Shown here: in pieces, positions 1 to 12,112 of the stretch
How the letters are laid out: each line of letters starts with the position of its first letter
Position numbering within the stretch: the first letter of the stretch is position 1
From: Felis catus
Lineage: Eukaryota
Assembly (NCBI RefSeq): GCF_018350175.1
Contig: NC_058373.1
Location: 116,810,001 to 116,874,000, forward strand
Length of the DNA: 64,000 nt
Direction of reading: 5' to 3'
Translations under genes and position numbers: made by a program
The notes under the pieces: model-generated
What the model was told of the DNA's origin: nothing
The model's input: only the letters and a program-made list of their open reading frames with translations
The model's database searches: none

Positions 1-1357
1 TTTTATTGTTCGTACTCTAATTGAATCCCTAAGGAAATAGGCCTCTTAGCTTTGGTATTAGTTTGGCTCCTGAAATATGTTGATTAAGAGCACAATACTG
101 GAACAGTCTTTTTAGCTATGGCTCATGAACACACAAGGTTGTGCGCTCCCATTCCCCACGCCGTTAATAAAATAGTTACGTTCTCCAACATCTGTTTAGG
201 TTACAGTGTGTTGATGTCTGCTGTGTGTCTGTGAGGAGGCAATTTTAAATTTTATCTCAGAATCCATCCATGGACACCTATGACCTGTTTTTCTTTGAGA
301 GGGTCTTTGGATTAGCACATCTGTATGGCAGTCTATAGTAATCTCCGATTTTCTGTACAGGAAATTAAATAAGGAGTTGAGTCATGAAAACAGAAAAGCA
401 TTCATAAACTCCACTGCAGGGAAGAATTTCCTGTTGCCATGGTTTTGCTGTTGCCAACTTGGAAACGACATGCAGGAGAGACTATTAAAGCCCATAAATA
501 GCCTAGACTCTTAAATATTATTTTAGCGTTCCATACTCTACTTGCAATTGCGTAAAACGTTAAATCTTAATATGTCCTGAACTCTTCTTTCCCAGATTTT
601 CTGACATTTGCCCTATACGCTTCATTCATGTTGTCCTAGTTTGCAGTGTTCTATAAATTACCACCACCACGAAGAGCTATATGAAAGCTTCTGGGAAGAG
701 TGTACTAAGCACCCTGCTTCTATGCATGAATGGCCAGATTGGAAATTGATTAAGACTGTGTATTATTTGTGTGTTCACACATTCCCAGCCGCCTCTTGAT
801 GATGAAAGGCAACATGAGAAAAGTATAGCAAGACCATACTTAAGCAGTGTGGCATCAAGTAAGACACTGAAATAAACAAAATAAGCACCGTACGCATATT
901 TTGCCTCAAATCCCAATAGCTGCACAGGCTAGAGGGGGATAAGCCTGGGTTAGCTGACCTCCTCTAGCAGCATACTTGTTCTGTAATATTCAGCAGGGAA
1001 GGGTTCCTTTAAGACCCCTAGTAACCTTTCAGGGCATAGCTGATGAGCAGAGGAATGAGCAGACAGTTTCTTTTTCTGTCCTTTCAGAGTGTCAGATTTC
1101 TTCCAGGGAACAAAAAGTCGGAAAGTATTTCTACTGTAAAGCTCTAAAAGAGGCAGTTTGCATGTTTGTCTCTCTTACTTCAAGCCAGTAGTGTCAAAAC
1201 CAGCCTCTGCACGTCCCACAGCTTCTCATTGGCCATGGCACCCCCAAAGATAAGATTTTGCTCTGTGTGCTAGAAGATAATCTCACCACATTTTGTCTAA
1301 CCTTACTTTGTGTCAGGAAACTCTCTTTCAGTATAATCATTAAAAACAGAAAATGCT

Positions 1358-1625
1358 GGGGCACCTGGATGGCTCAGTCCGGTGTCTCACTTTTGATTTC
1401 AGCTCAGGTCACGACTTCATGGTTCATGAGTTTGAGCCCTGTATCGGGCTCCGCACTGAGTGTGGAGCCTGCTTGGGACCCATTCTTTCTCTCTCCTCCG
1501 CCCCCCCCCCCCCCCCGCCATTTCTCTGTCTCTCCCATGCTTGTGCTCTCTCTCTCTCTCTCTAGCTCTCTCTCTCTCTAAATAAACGAAAAAAAAAATC
1601 TTCAAAATAAATAAATAAATAATAA
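1358..1625 (+). mobile_element. Can-SINE (carnivore tRNA-derived SINE)
   Basis: ggggcacctggatggctcagtc head, (CT)n tract, A-rich tail; agaaaatg repeated on both flanks. Confidence 0.92.
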
Positions 1626-2077
1626 GTAAGAGAAAATGTTTTCCAGGACAAGTGTTCTATAGCATCACTTCTTGTACATATGACAGTGTAGGTGTGATTG
1701 GATCTGTGGGTTCATAGTTTCCATCAAATAAAAGTAGTAATTGCCAATCTTCATTTTTTTTCTGTTGCCATCTTCTGAATTTCCAATTACACATACATTA
1801 GATCACTCACTAGTGTACCTCAGGTTAATAAAGCTGTTTTAATTTTTTTAACCTTTTTTTTCCTGTGCTTCCATTTGGATAATTCCTATTAGTATATCTT
1901 CCAAGTTCACTGTGCTTTTCTTCTACAGTGTCTTAATCTGCTGTTAATCCAGTCCAGTGAAATTTTCATTTGAGATATTTGTCATCTTCAGAAGCCAGAA
2001 TTGCATTTGGTCCTCTTCTCAGTTATCTAGTTTATCTTCATTAGGTTCATGTTGTCCTTTAAATCCTTGAATATGTT

Positions 2078-2288
2078 TATTTTATTTTATTTTTTTAGTG
2101 TTTATTTTGAGAGAGAGAGAGAGAAAATGCGTGAATAGGGGAGGGCTAGAGGGAGAGAGGATCCCAAGCAGCCTCCCGGCTCTGCACCCCAGCACGGATG
2201 CAGGGTTCAATCCTACGACCACGAGATCATGACCTGAGCCCAACTCAAGAGTTGGGACACTTAACCGACTGAGCCACCCAGGTGCCCC
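2078..2288 (-). mobile_element. Can-SINE
   Basis: Ends gactgagccacccaggtgcccc (reverse-complement head); T-rich tail and (GA)n; tccttga.. repeated on both flanks. Confidence 0.92.
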
Positions 2289-2766
2289 TCCTTGATGTAT
2301 TTATGATCGCTGTGTTCAAGTCTCTGCATGCTAATTCTGTTGTCCTTGTCATTTGAAGCCTCCATTTAACAAATCTTCTCTTGCTTTTGAGTTACATTTT
2401 AACGCTGCATGTGTCTGGTTACTTTTGATTGGAGAGTATATATTCTGAATGTTTTCTGGTTGAGTGTCTAGATTGTGTTGTCTTCTTCAAAGAGTGTTGA
2501 GTTTTGCTTTGGTGAGCAGTTAAGTTACTTACAAAACAGCTTGATCTTTATGAATCTTGTTCTTAAGCATACCCAGGGCAGTGTTTACTCTCTAATGTAG
2601 CTCTGCTACTAAGGCATGACTTTTCTTATGTCTGAGGACCTGCATATTCAATGAGGTCTCTTTACTGTGGCTGGTTAGAGCTTGAGTGCCTTCCAACCCT
2701 ATGTCAGCCGTGAGAGTTGTTTGCCTTACGATTCTTCGGTGGTTTTTCTTTGCCTAATAGTTTTTC

Positions 2767-3011
2767 CCTCTTTCTCTTACTGAGTTATAATTGACATATA
2801 GCATTATGTTAGTTTCAGGTGTACAACATAATGATCCGATACTTGCATGTATTGTGAAATGACCACCACCACAAGTCTAATTAACATGTGTCACCATACA
2901 AGGTTACAAAAAATCTTTTTTCTTGTGATGAGAACATCTAAGATCTACTCCTAGCAACTTTCAGATATGCAATACAGTATTATTCACCGTGATCACCATG
3001 CTGTACACTAC
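2767..3011 (-). mobile_element. 5'-truncated L1 3' end with 14-bp target-site duplication, within older degraded L1-like sequence
   Basis: L1 3'UTR-like text (gtttcaggtgtacaacataatgat...caccatgctgtaca); cctaatagtttttc at 2753-2766 and 3012-3025. Confidence 0.8.
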
Positions 3012-4559
3012 CCTAATAGTTTTTCTTTGCCTGGCTTGTGGAATCTTCCTCTGTGTGTGCAGCTTCATCGTGAGCCCAAGACTCAAGGAGACCCTTATGC
3101 GGATTTCTGAACTTCTTTCACTGCGTAGTTTCCTCCCCTTTGGTACGCTGCCCTGCGAATATCAACTACCTCAGGCTTCCTGAACTCCAGTATATTTTGG
3201 CTTTCCCTCTTCAAAGCCGTGCACTGTGCCGCTGTTCCAAAAGTTCCTCCAGGTAGAAAACCTGGTGGGATCAGAGGGCTCATCTTCTTTTATTCTTTTT
3301 TCTCTGGGATCACTATCCAATGCTGCCTATTGTAAAATGTCTGAAAAAAAGTTGTTTCAGATATTTCATCAGTTTTTCTAGTTTCTTACGATGGGAGGAC
3401 AAGTCCTGTACCAAGTTACCTCTGGTGGAAGCCGAGGTCCCAGATATTCTGTGTGTTTGTCATTTCATTTACTCCTCAAAGTGTTTACTAGGTACTGGTT
3501 CTCCCCATTTTACAGAATTGGCTTCTTTAGATTAACGTGCCCAATGTTAGACATCAAGGAAGCACTAGTGAGGTGGAACAGATCCTAGTGCTGTGGTTAA
3601 GGAGGTGTTCAGAGAAAGCATAAATGTGGAATTAAATACAGTGAAGCCCAGGGCTCTCTGCCTTGTGCCTGTGACTCTTCCCCTTCTCTCCAGCTCTCGG
3701 GCTAAAATTACCCAAGCCAACTCATGAAACAGCTCTACTTGTCATGCATTACAATTATATTCGGATTTTAGTACTTTGGTAAAGGAGGGAAAGGCTCAGA
3801 AGAAATGGTTCTTCTCTTTGCCAGTGTTTCATACAAAGTCCATTTTCCTGTTTTCAGAAGTAAGGTCTTTTAGCAAATAAGCTACAAATGGGGCGGGGTG
3901 GAACAGTTCTACAAAGAAGAAATTTTCAGGAGTGGGTTTTTGTTCCCCTCCTTACTTTGTTTCCTTATTTGAATGATATAACCTCTAGATAATTACCATC
4001 CTCTCATTCTACAGCAAATGCAAAAATAAACTTCCCACCAAACAGTGTGTTATTTGAAAGCTAGAGACCACCTTCATTTATAACTGTGCATATGGATTAT
4101 TATTTGGGAAATCATTTCCTGAATGAGGCTTGTTTGTCAAGTCAGAACAGAGGAGACTTTAGGAGCCCTTTGTAAGCATTCCTTCCAAGCCTTGCCTTCA
4201 TTAATTTGCTGTAGTATTAGTGAATGCTTGTTGCTTCCCCCTTTTGTTAGCAGTGTTTTAAAAACCAAGGAAATAAATCCTCCTGTATTTGGAATATTTA
4301 AACTTCGATAGGGAAGGGGGTAAAACTAGCATTGTTTAAATGCTCTGCATATGCAAAGGGCATTTGGAGTCAGAGACACTGATGAATGAAGGAAAGGACT
4401 CTTTCTTCACCTCCTTCAACTTCAAACTACTTTAACGTAAGGTTTTTCCTCTGAGTGTTTCTGGGATGTGCTTGGCAAAGAAATGAAAATACATAAAAGT
4501 CCTTGTTTAAGGATACTACACTTTTTACCTCAACTGCACAAAATTCCAAATTCTAATCA

Positions 4560-4727
4560 ACACATTTCCTGAGCATCTTTTATGGGCTAGCACCTCTACA
4601 TACGTTAATTCACTTAATCCTTACAGCAACAAGAATATCAATGGGCAGAGAAGTGATGTGATTTGTTTGTGGTCATTTAGCAAAGATGCCACTGGCATTC
4701 AAATTCAGATCTTCTTACTTCCAAATT
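4560..4727 (-). mobile_element. MIR fragment
   Basis: Diverged match to recalled MIR core (cacttaatccttacagcaac...ggcattcaaattcagatc). Confidence 0.55.
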
Positions 4728-5740
4728 GGGAAAGTGAGGAGTTGGTAGAAAATACTAGTGGCTGATTCCTAAGTACCAACCCCACACCCATCTTGTCCTT
4801 CGTCATCTCTCAACGTGCTACTGATTTTGAGATGCCTTGAGTCCCAGCTATGTTCACATGCACCCTCACATATCCTGAAACTGATACCATATGAATGTAC
4901 CTGCCATGGCCAAGGGTACTGCTATAAACTCTTCTTTATTCCACCCTCATTAAAGCAGAGTAACTCATCTGCCGGCTGTGTCTAAATGTACATTGAAAGA
5001 ATATTAGTAAATATGATAGATGCCAGAGCAGGTAGAATTCTTGATTTCCCCAAATACTTCATTAGTGAGTGAGTGAAATAGTGCCACAAGGGCAGAAGTG
5101 TGTCTCATCTCGAATGATGCCAGTGTTCCAGATGTCCGTTCTTGGCCCTGACTCTGTTTCTGAGCATTGACTTCTGCATTCCCCAGACCCTGAGGCAAGG
5201 TTGCATAGACAGGACATCAGGGGTCTTAAAGGGTTGGTCCCCAGCAGCCAACTGACAATGATTATATTTCAAGTTAAATAAAAGGATAAAAATGAGATCT
5301 ACAGGCTATCTGACTTCATCTTACATTTGATGTGTTCTCTAGTGGTGAGGACATTCAATAAACGGAACTTAAGCTTTCTTCCTTCTGTTGACTTTATTTA
5401 GTCTGCATGAGTTTAGTTAACAAGATTACTTTTCTCTTGTGTTCATAAATATTTAAAACTAGGAACTTTCCTGAAATCAAGTTGCATAGGCCCGTTTTCC
5501 TTCATCTAGCTTTTCTTAACTCTGGATACATCCGTTAGTGACTGCAAAATGGTTGTAAAAAAAATCCAATTACTTTTCCTTATCCAGATTCATATACATA
5601 CACTTTATCAACCAAGTTTCAGTCTACAGAAAAGTAAAGGAGTTGAGCCCAAAAGAGAAGTCAGAGATGATTATGACACTGTCTCTGAAACTGCTCTACA
5701 AACGTATTAACCTATTCGTACCATTCATGGGGTTTTGGAG

Positions 5741-6446
5741 TGATGAGGGTCTGGAGCCGATGGCCAAGAAAGAATTCTTGAGACGTTTTTGGTGCAAAAA
5801 GGTGATTTTATTAAAGTGCAGGGACAGGACCCATGGGCAGAAAGAGCTGCACTGGAGTTGTGAAGAATGACTGGTGATATACTATGGAACTGGGGGAGGT
5901 AAAGGCAAAAAGGAGGCCTCCAGAAGGACTTCCATATACTAAAGACTGATAATATACCAGAGGCCTAGCTCTTGTCAAGCTAAGGTTGTTTTCCCTCTAG
6001 TAAGGCATCGGACATTACAACTGTAGGGGGTTCCTAGAGAAATGTTATACTCTGTATTTGTCTCAAGTATTTGTCAATGGGCTGCAGGTTATAAAGAAAT
6101 TTAATTTTACCTGCCATTTCCTTCTTGCCTTTGTTCCCACATCACTGTGGAGGGGAAGGTGATGTTGGGGCTCCAGGAAACTGAGTCTATAGGTTTCTGG
6201 AGATTAGGCTATTGATAAGATTGCCTTTTTCTAGTAATTTACTAAGACATTTATAAACTGATGGAGACTTGTGTCCTACATGACTGTGGTCTCTTACTAG
6301 TTGACCATTTGTTTTCTTTCCTTTCCTTTGTTCTTGGGCAGCCCGGAGTGCCTGGGGAATGTCACATGTATCCCACCTGGGGGTCAGGGGAGGAGGGTGT
6401 GCTTAACTTGTGCTTTGTCCTCAGCTTGCCTTGTGCTCTCTCATCA
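5741..6446 (-). mobile_element. Solo LTR of a carnivore endogenous retrovirus (~706 bp)
   Basis: Termini TGATGAG...CTCATCA form a 7-bp inverted repeat with TG..CA ends; AATAAA on the minus strand at 5807-5812; no clean TSD seen. Confidence 0.75.
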
Positions 6447-7794
6447 CAGTCTTCAAACAGAAATGCCTAATGTAGGATATTATCCCATATCTACACTTTT
6501 TGAAAGCAGCAGAGAAAAATATTATCGTTCCTTAATTATTCAGTGTCTTCTTATCATCTACACTGAATATTAGAAATTTTACTTTCCATGACTTAGCATA
6601 GAATGTTGACCTTATTAGTGGGTATATGCCACCCACTGGTCGTATGATTTGGAGGCAAATCCCATGATTATCAAGATGACCCGTAAGATGCCCGAATTTA
6701 CTTTTAAAGCTCCATACAGATAAGAAGGAGCATTATCTTCTTTCCACCCCTCTTCTCAAGCATATTTCCCATTATAAATTTTTCAATATATATATTCTTT
6801 ACCCAGAGCAAAATGGAATTTTGTCATTTTCATTTTTTCCTGATTGCCAAGCTGATTAAGTTTTTCATGGTTTCAGGGTTTCCGGGTCACTAAAAATATA
6901 ATAATAGAAACATGGGATGCTTTATTCTTTGGGAAATATAGCAAACATTCGTTTTCCATTCTTTCTGGTCACATTTAACAGTTCTGTTACTTATATAGTA
7001 TTTTCAGGAGTTTGAAATTCCTTATGGCTCGGAAAGGAAAATTTCATTGTTTTGACTCTTGTTTCATCTCTGAAGCTTTTGGAACTGTTCAAACTGTTTA
7101 AAATTATCAGCAAAACTTGAGGGTTTCCAAAGGTCCCCAGAAAAAGGCTGGTCAAGCAGCGTCTATTACATAAATGAGGCACGCAGAAAGGACAGCGAGA
7201 GCGGGCCAGAAATAGAAAAGCAAGGTTACCTTCAGTGTTGTCTTCCACATCAGCTTTCCTCTCTGGCAGTAATTCTTTTAGGATTAGACAGATATACAAA
7301 GCAAAATGTAACACATGAGTTCGGGATGACAGTCTCTTTTCTAGTTCATTAATTTTGCCCAAAATTGACTTGAAACACATGTAAGTACACGTCAAAGCTG
7401 ACACATTCGCTTTAAGGTTTAAAATGTACTAATCGGTTCAGAAGTTATTTATAAGTAGAGCCCTTAAAAGTAGATATGTTCTTCGTACTTAAGGCGTGTC
7501 TTAGTCCAATTATTTATAGCAGTAATTTATAGTTTTTTGTGTTGGTGGCCATTAGCATTTAGAAGATACTTTTTTCTTGGGAAGCTATCTGTTGGTACAT
7601 ATTTTAGCAATTTTTTGAAAAATAGTCTGTGCTTTATTTCAGTTTTAGCTTGTTTTTTTAACCCTTTGCATTTTATGTCAGCTTCAAAGATTAAGTTCCT
7701 TCAAGAAGCTCGAGGTTGAAGCTCCAGGCTCTAGAACATGTTTACAAGCCTGTCTGCAAGCCACCATTGTGGTCTGTTTGTGGAGCAGTGCCTA

Positions 7795-7967
7795 AGGGCA
7801 GCAGAGCTCCTGCATCACAGTCACCCTGGGGGTGTTTATTAAAATAGATTCCTTTGCCCAGCCCTGTACCCACTGTGCAGTATTTCTGGGGGTGGTGCAT
7901 GCAAATCTGCCTTTTAAACCAGCTCCCCAGATGCCAGTGTGCATGCTAAATTTTGAGAACTACTGCC
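7795..7967. mobile_element. MER5-like hAT-Charlie MITE
   Basis: catcacagtcaccctgg..ttaaaatagattcc..aatctgccttttaaaccagctccccag..tttgagaactactg resembles recalled MER5A. Confidence 0.7.
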
Positions 7968-8386
7968 TCTTGGTGTATACCAGAGGCTTTGTCTTGGCGG
8001 CTTCCCCGAAGTGCAGTAAAATGTTCTGGTCTTCAACGGTATGGCTGATGAGGCTCGAATTTACCCAGAATGAACAAACAAACGCACTAATGTCATTTAG
8101 CAGCCTGCAAGTCCAGGTCCTTTAAGACCAGAGACGCTCCCTTTCGGTTGGACAGCTAATAATTCTCTTCTCTGGTTTCTGGTTATTTCTGGGCAATTGA
8201 TTTGTTGATGATTAAGGGAGTAGAGGTTGCTCTTACTTAAGGAAGATGAAAGCAGAACACAGTCTATAAAAACTTGTTGGACATTGCTTATAATACCTTT
8301 GTTATTCAGGTTACAGACCTATTAAGTTTTCATCTGTTTGTTAAGAATAAAACAACTCTCTTGCTTGAATCAGAAATATTGGAAAA

Positions 8387-8858
8387 GGCTTTCTTAACCT
8401 GACATCTGTGGAGAGTTCAGGGGTGTGTGAACTTGGACGGGAAATCATTTTACATTTGTTTTCACTGACCCCTAATTAAAATTTAGGACTTCCTTCAATT
8501 ATGAACGTGGGCAACAAACCACAGTTGCGTAAGTTCTACCTATGATTGTATTGCAAGTTGAAAGCATAGATATTTCCATATTGTATTTTTTTTTGGAGAT
8601 CCCTCAAACTACTGCTTATGCACATCACTACTTCAGAATTATAGTAGTCCTATTCGATCAATTGCTAAAACTTGTCATAGAAATCTAATGCTATTATAGT
8701 TTAAAATTATTTTTGATAACTATTTCTCAGTATAATTGATTTCTATTGAAATCAGATGTAGTTTGTTTCATGCATTTACAAATACTGTTCTGAGAAGGGA
8801 CCCAGGCTTCCCTGGACCGCCAAAGAGAATCAGATGCAAAAAATGGGTAAGAACACTG
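8387..8858. mobile_element. Charlie4a-like hAT DNA transposon relic
   Basis: Ends ggctttcttaacct / gggtaagaacactg; internal gtgaacttggacgggaaa, ggcaacaaaccacag and ttctgagaaggg match the recalled consensus. Confidence 0.75.
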
Positions 8859-8996
8859 ATGCTAGTTCTTATCTAGCATCTTTTCATCCTAAACGATTTC
8901 CTTTGTTTTCTTTTTTTGGAGCTATTTTTCTTAAATGAACTATTTTTCCCATTCTTACAGTCATCTCATCATTATATCTATTTTTTTTTACTGTAG

Positions 8997-9100
8997 CTGA
9001 CTCCACTGGAACCCATTCTCTGTATACAACATACAAAGACTATGAAATTATGTTCCATGTTTCCACCATGCTGCCATACACACCTAATAACAAGCAACAG
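8997..9100 (+). CDS. SIPA1L1: SIPA1L1 exon A (104 nt), RapGAP domain: (T)[34 protein letters not shown]
   Basis: T-tract then ctgtag| acceptor; cag|gtaaga donor; [11 protein letters not shown] is a hallmark RapGAP motif. Not present in the ORF track. Confidence 0.96.
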
Positions 9101-11954
9101 GTAAGAGATCCCGGTGTTGTCTGTGTTTCCTACCCTTTTTCGTTTTCCCCAGAAGCCTAAGTGGCAAGTTTGTAAAATCTGAAACCAGAATTGAATGTTG
9201 CACCTGTCACCACAGCAGGAAGCTTTTGTACTTTGCGGAAATAACGAATAGCAAATGAGCTGAAAACAAATGAAGAGACCCAGATTCTAGGTTAACAGCC
9301 AGCTGGATGGCTTTGTGAATTAATCATTTGCTTTTCACCCACGGGGATTGAGGTTTTCATGGAATCCGAAGAGAACAAGTTAAAATCATGGTGATTAGGT
9401 GACCCTGCAGTGTTGCAGAGAACATGTATGAGTGGGTGAAGTTCCATCTCAAGAGGCCAGGGGACAAAGCAGGAAAGTACTGATGTGTCATTTCAGATTT
9501 CAAAGGAGGTTTGGTACACTGACTTGGAGAAAAATCAGAATAAATGTCCGTGGGATCTCAGAAAAAGGTTTTTTTCTTAATGTTTGTCAGGAGGACAGCA
9601 AAGAACATAAGAAAACCCTTGCATTTGCATACATCATACATGGTGTCTTTTAAAAAAAGTCTAAAAGCACAACGCCTATTACTAAAATGTGGTCGATGAG
9701 GTAGTAAATGAAGACACTAAGAAGTGACGCATTGTTACAGAGCAGCATGGAAACTGGCAGTATTGTTTTGGAAGGTATCTGGTAGTTGTTTTTTAAAAAT
9801 ATTGCAAAATAAATGATGCCAAACTGACATTTAAAAGAGTCAGAGAGCTAACAGCGTCTCCTTTCAAAAGCTGTTATAAACACAAGCGGTCCAGTATTCC
9901 CTCTGACCTTAAAATGGATATAGATTTTGTTATTGTCAGCTTTTGTGCTAACAGAACATAGGCCAGCTGCAGAATGAATCACACCGTCTTTCACAAAATT
10001 TAACCAAACACTGATCTGATCTAACACTTTGTCACTGCAGGTGTGATTAAATCGCAAATCCAGGTAATGAGATTTTGCTTTGCTATGATTACGAAAGTAA
10101 TCAAAAACAGGCAGCAAAGCAATGAATCAGCTACAAATCTTAAAATAAACCTATTGAAGATAAATTCCATGATCTAGAACTTGTTGACAGTTTGTTTTAT
10201 GCAAATTCCAAGTTCTACATTACTCTGATAGGAAAGCATCATGCTAAGAAAAATAACATGTTTCTTACTTTAACCAGTAAGTGGTCAAAAAACTTCAGGA
10301 CATTCACAAGTAGTATTTAAAGGCTTATCCTACCTGAGTACACAGCAGAGAAAGGGAAGATGTATGGAAGGGTGAAAAATTTAGTTAAGATTCAATTAAA
10401 TGAGTTGAAGTGTGTTGAGCAGCATGAGTTGGCATTAAAATGGACAGCTGTCTAAATTATTTAATTTGGGGGTCCAGTCAAGGTGAAAGTGTTATTAGGT
10501 CCTATTTCAGGATAAAAGAGTGATTGGTACTGCTGCATTTTAAGAAATTTTAATTCGCTAGCTAGAGAATTTATTTCTTCTTTGTAGGTCACTTTATGCT
10601 TGGGGAAAAAAACAAAAACAAAATATCTTTTAAAATCTTGTGGCAGGAATTTGTTTATAAATACTGTCTTTCATTATATAGAATGTGAGATGGATAGATG
10701 GATTTATTTCTATTTGGGTCCTTTATTAAGATATTAGTGTTACATATCAAGCAATATTTGGAATAAAGAATGACATTGCATCCAAAAGCAATGACATCAT
10801 GTATGCAGCAATGACATAATACATAGACAAATTGTATGCCTGAGATTCTGAGTAGATTAATAATGTTTAATAATGGGTACATTCTGTGTAACCATCAGCA
10901 CAGACCATCTTTATTTCTGTAACATCCAGTAATATATCATGTTTAGAAATGAAAGTAAATGGCCTCATTAGAGGATAATTTGGGATGCTTTGAAATTCCT
11001 AAGGTTAAAAGTACATTTCTGGAACATTCTAACTCCCAATTCTCAACCGTAATCTAAAAGGCTATTGTTTCTCCCAGCTAACAGCTAATACTAGATCATT
11101 GATTTTACTTGTATGTAATTTGTGTAAGTTAAAGTCACTGGGGAATTAAAAAAAAAAGTTTATGAATGTAAGCTTATGCCTAACAGATAGTTGATATAAT
11201 GTTATATCTCATTATTTTCCTCCTTGTAAGAGCCTCTATATAATAAATACGAGAAATGCAAGTTTTGTTCAACTTTTTTTTCACACTGTTGACTTAAATA
11301 TGTAATAAACCCCACTTGGAAAGTCACTGGCCTAGCATGAGTTGGGGTGCCTAAATTTGAAAGCCACCTTCCAAAACACTTTTTAATGTGAAACAGAAGG
11401 TGGTCTTAAGCAATTTAAAAAACTATTTAGACTTGAAATTTGACCTGCTTTGAAATTGTTACATTTATATTCTGGAACATTAGTAATTTCTGCACTCCCA
11501 GCTCGTGGCACAAAAAACATACTGGAAAACACCTTAGCCACATTTCTTTAAATGAAGTGAATTAAACCAGAACATAAATTGCAGTGTAATTACTTCAGCC
11601 ATTCTCATCTCTAAAAAAATCTTCCCTGTGGCAAGTTTCTTTCTTCTGTGAAAATGGAACAAAACTGTTGTTATGGAAACTGAGAATTTGGAGATGCTGG
11701 AACTTGGCATAAGATGCCAGATATTGGTTAGCTCCTGAATGGGCTCTACGTTTTATGCAAATTTCAGAATATTCATTTCTGTAACCTTCCTCCGAGGGAG
11801 TAAGATGGGCTAAATTATTGACAGTAACTGTAGATTACCTACCTTAACGTGCCCTGATTAATGGTGAATGTTTTAAATACAGTTATGTAAGGGAATTGGG
11901 GAGGAAAAAAGCAGAGTGTTGTCATTTATGTCGTTTGCTTATTTTTTCTTTCAG

Positions 11955-12112
11955 CTCCTACGGAAGCGGCACATTGGAAATGATATTGTCACAATTGTTT
12001 TCCAAGAGCCTGGAGCACAGCCATTCAGCCCAAAAAACATCCGATCCCACTTCCAGCACGTTTTTGTCATCGTCAGGGTTCACAACCCCTGCACCGACAG
12101 TGTTTGTTACAG
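11955..12112 (+). CDS. SIPA1L1: SIPA1L1 exon B (158 nt), RapGAP catalytic helix: [20 protein letters not shown]...DSVCY
   Basis: ttttttctttcag| acceptor, ag|gtacct donor; catalytic Asn of KRHIGND at 11979-11981; phase 0 in, phase 2 out. Confidence 0.97.

Noticed and set aside
430..470. Two partial X-box-like GTTGCC motifs
   Set aside because: The second half-sites or spacing do not fit the palindrome well enough to call.
6991..7404. 137-aa minus-strand ORF
   Set aside because: No recognisable domain and no ATG start or exon context evident; this length is expected by chance in 64 kb.
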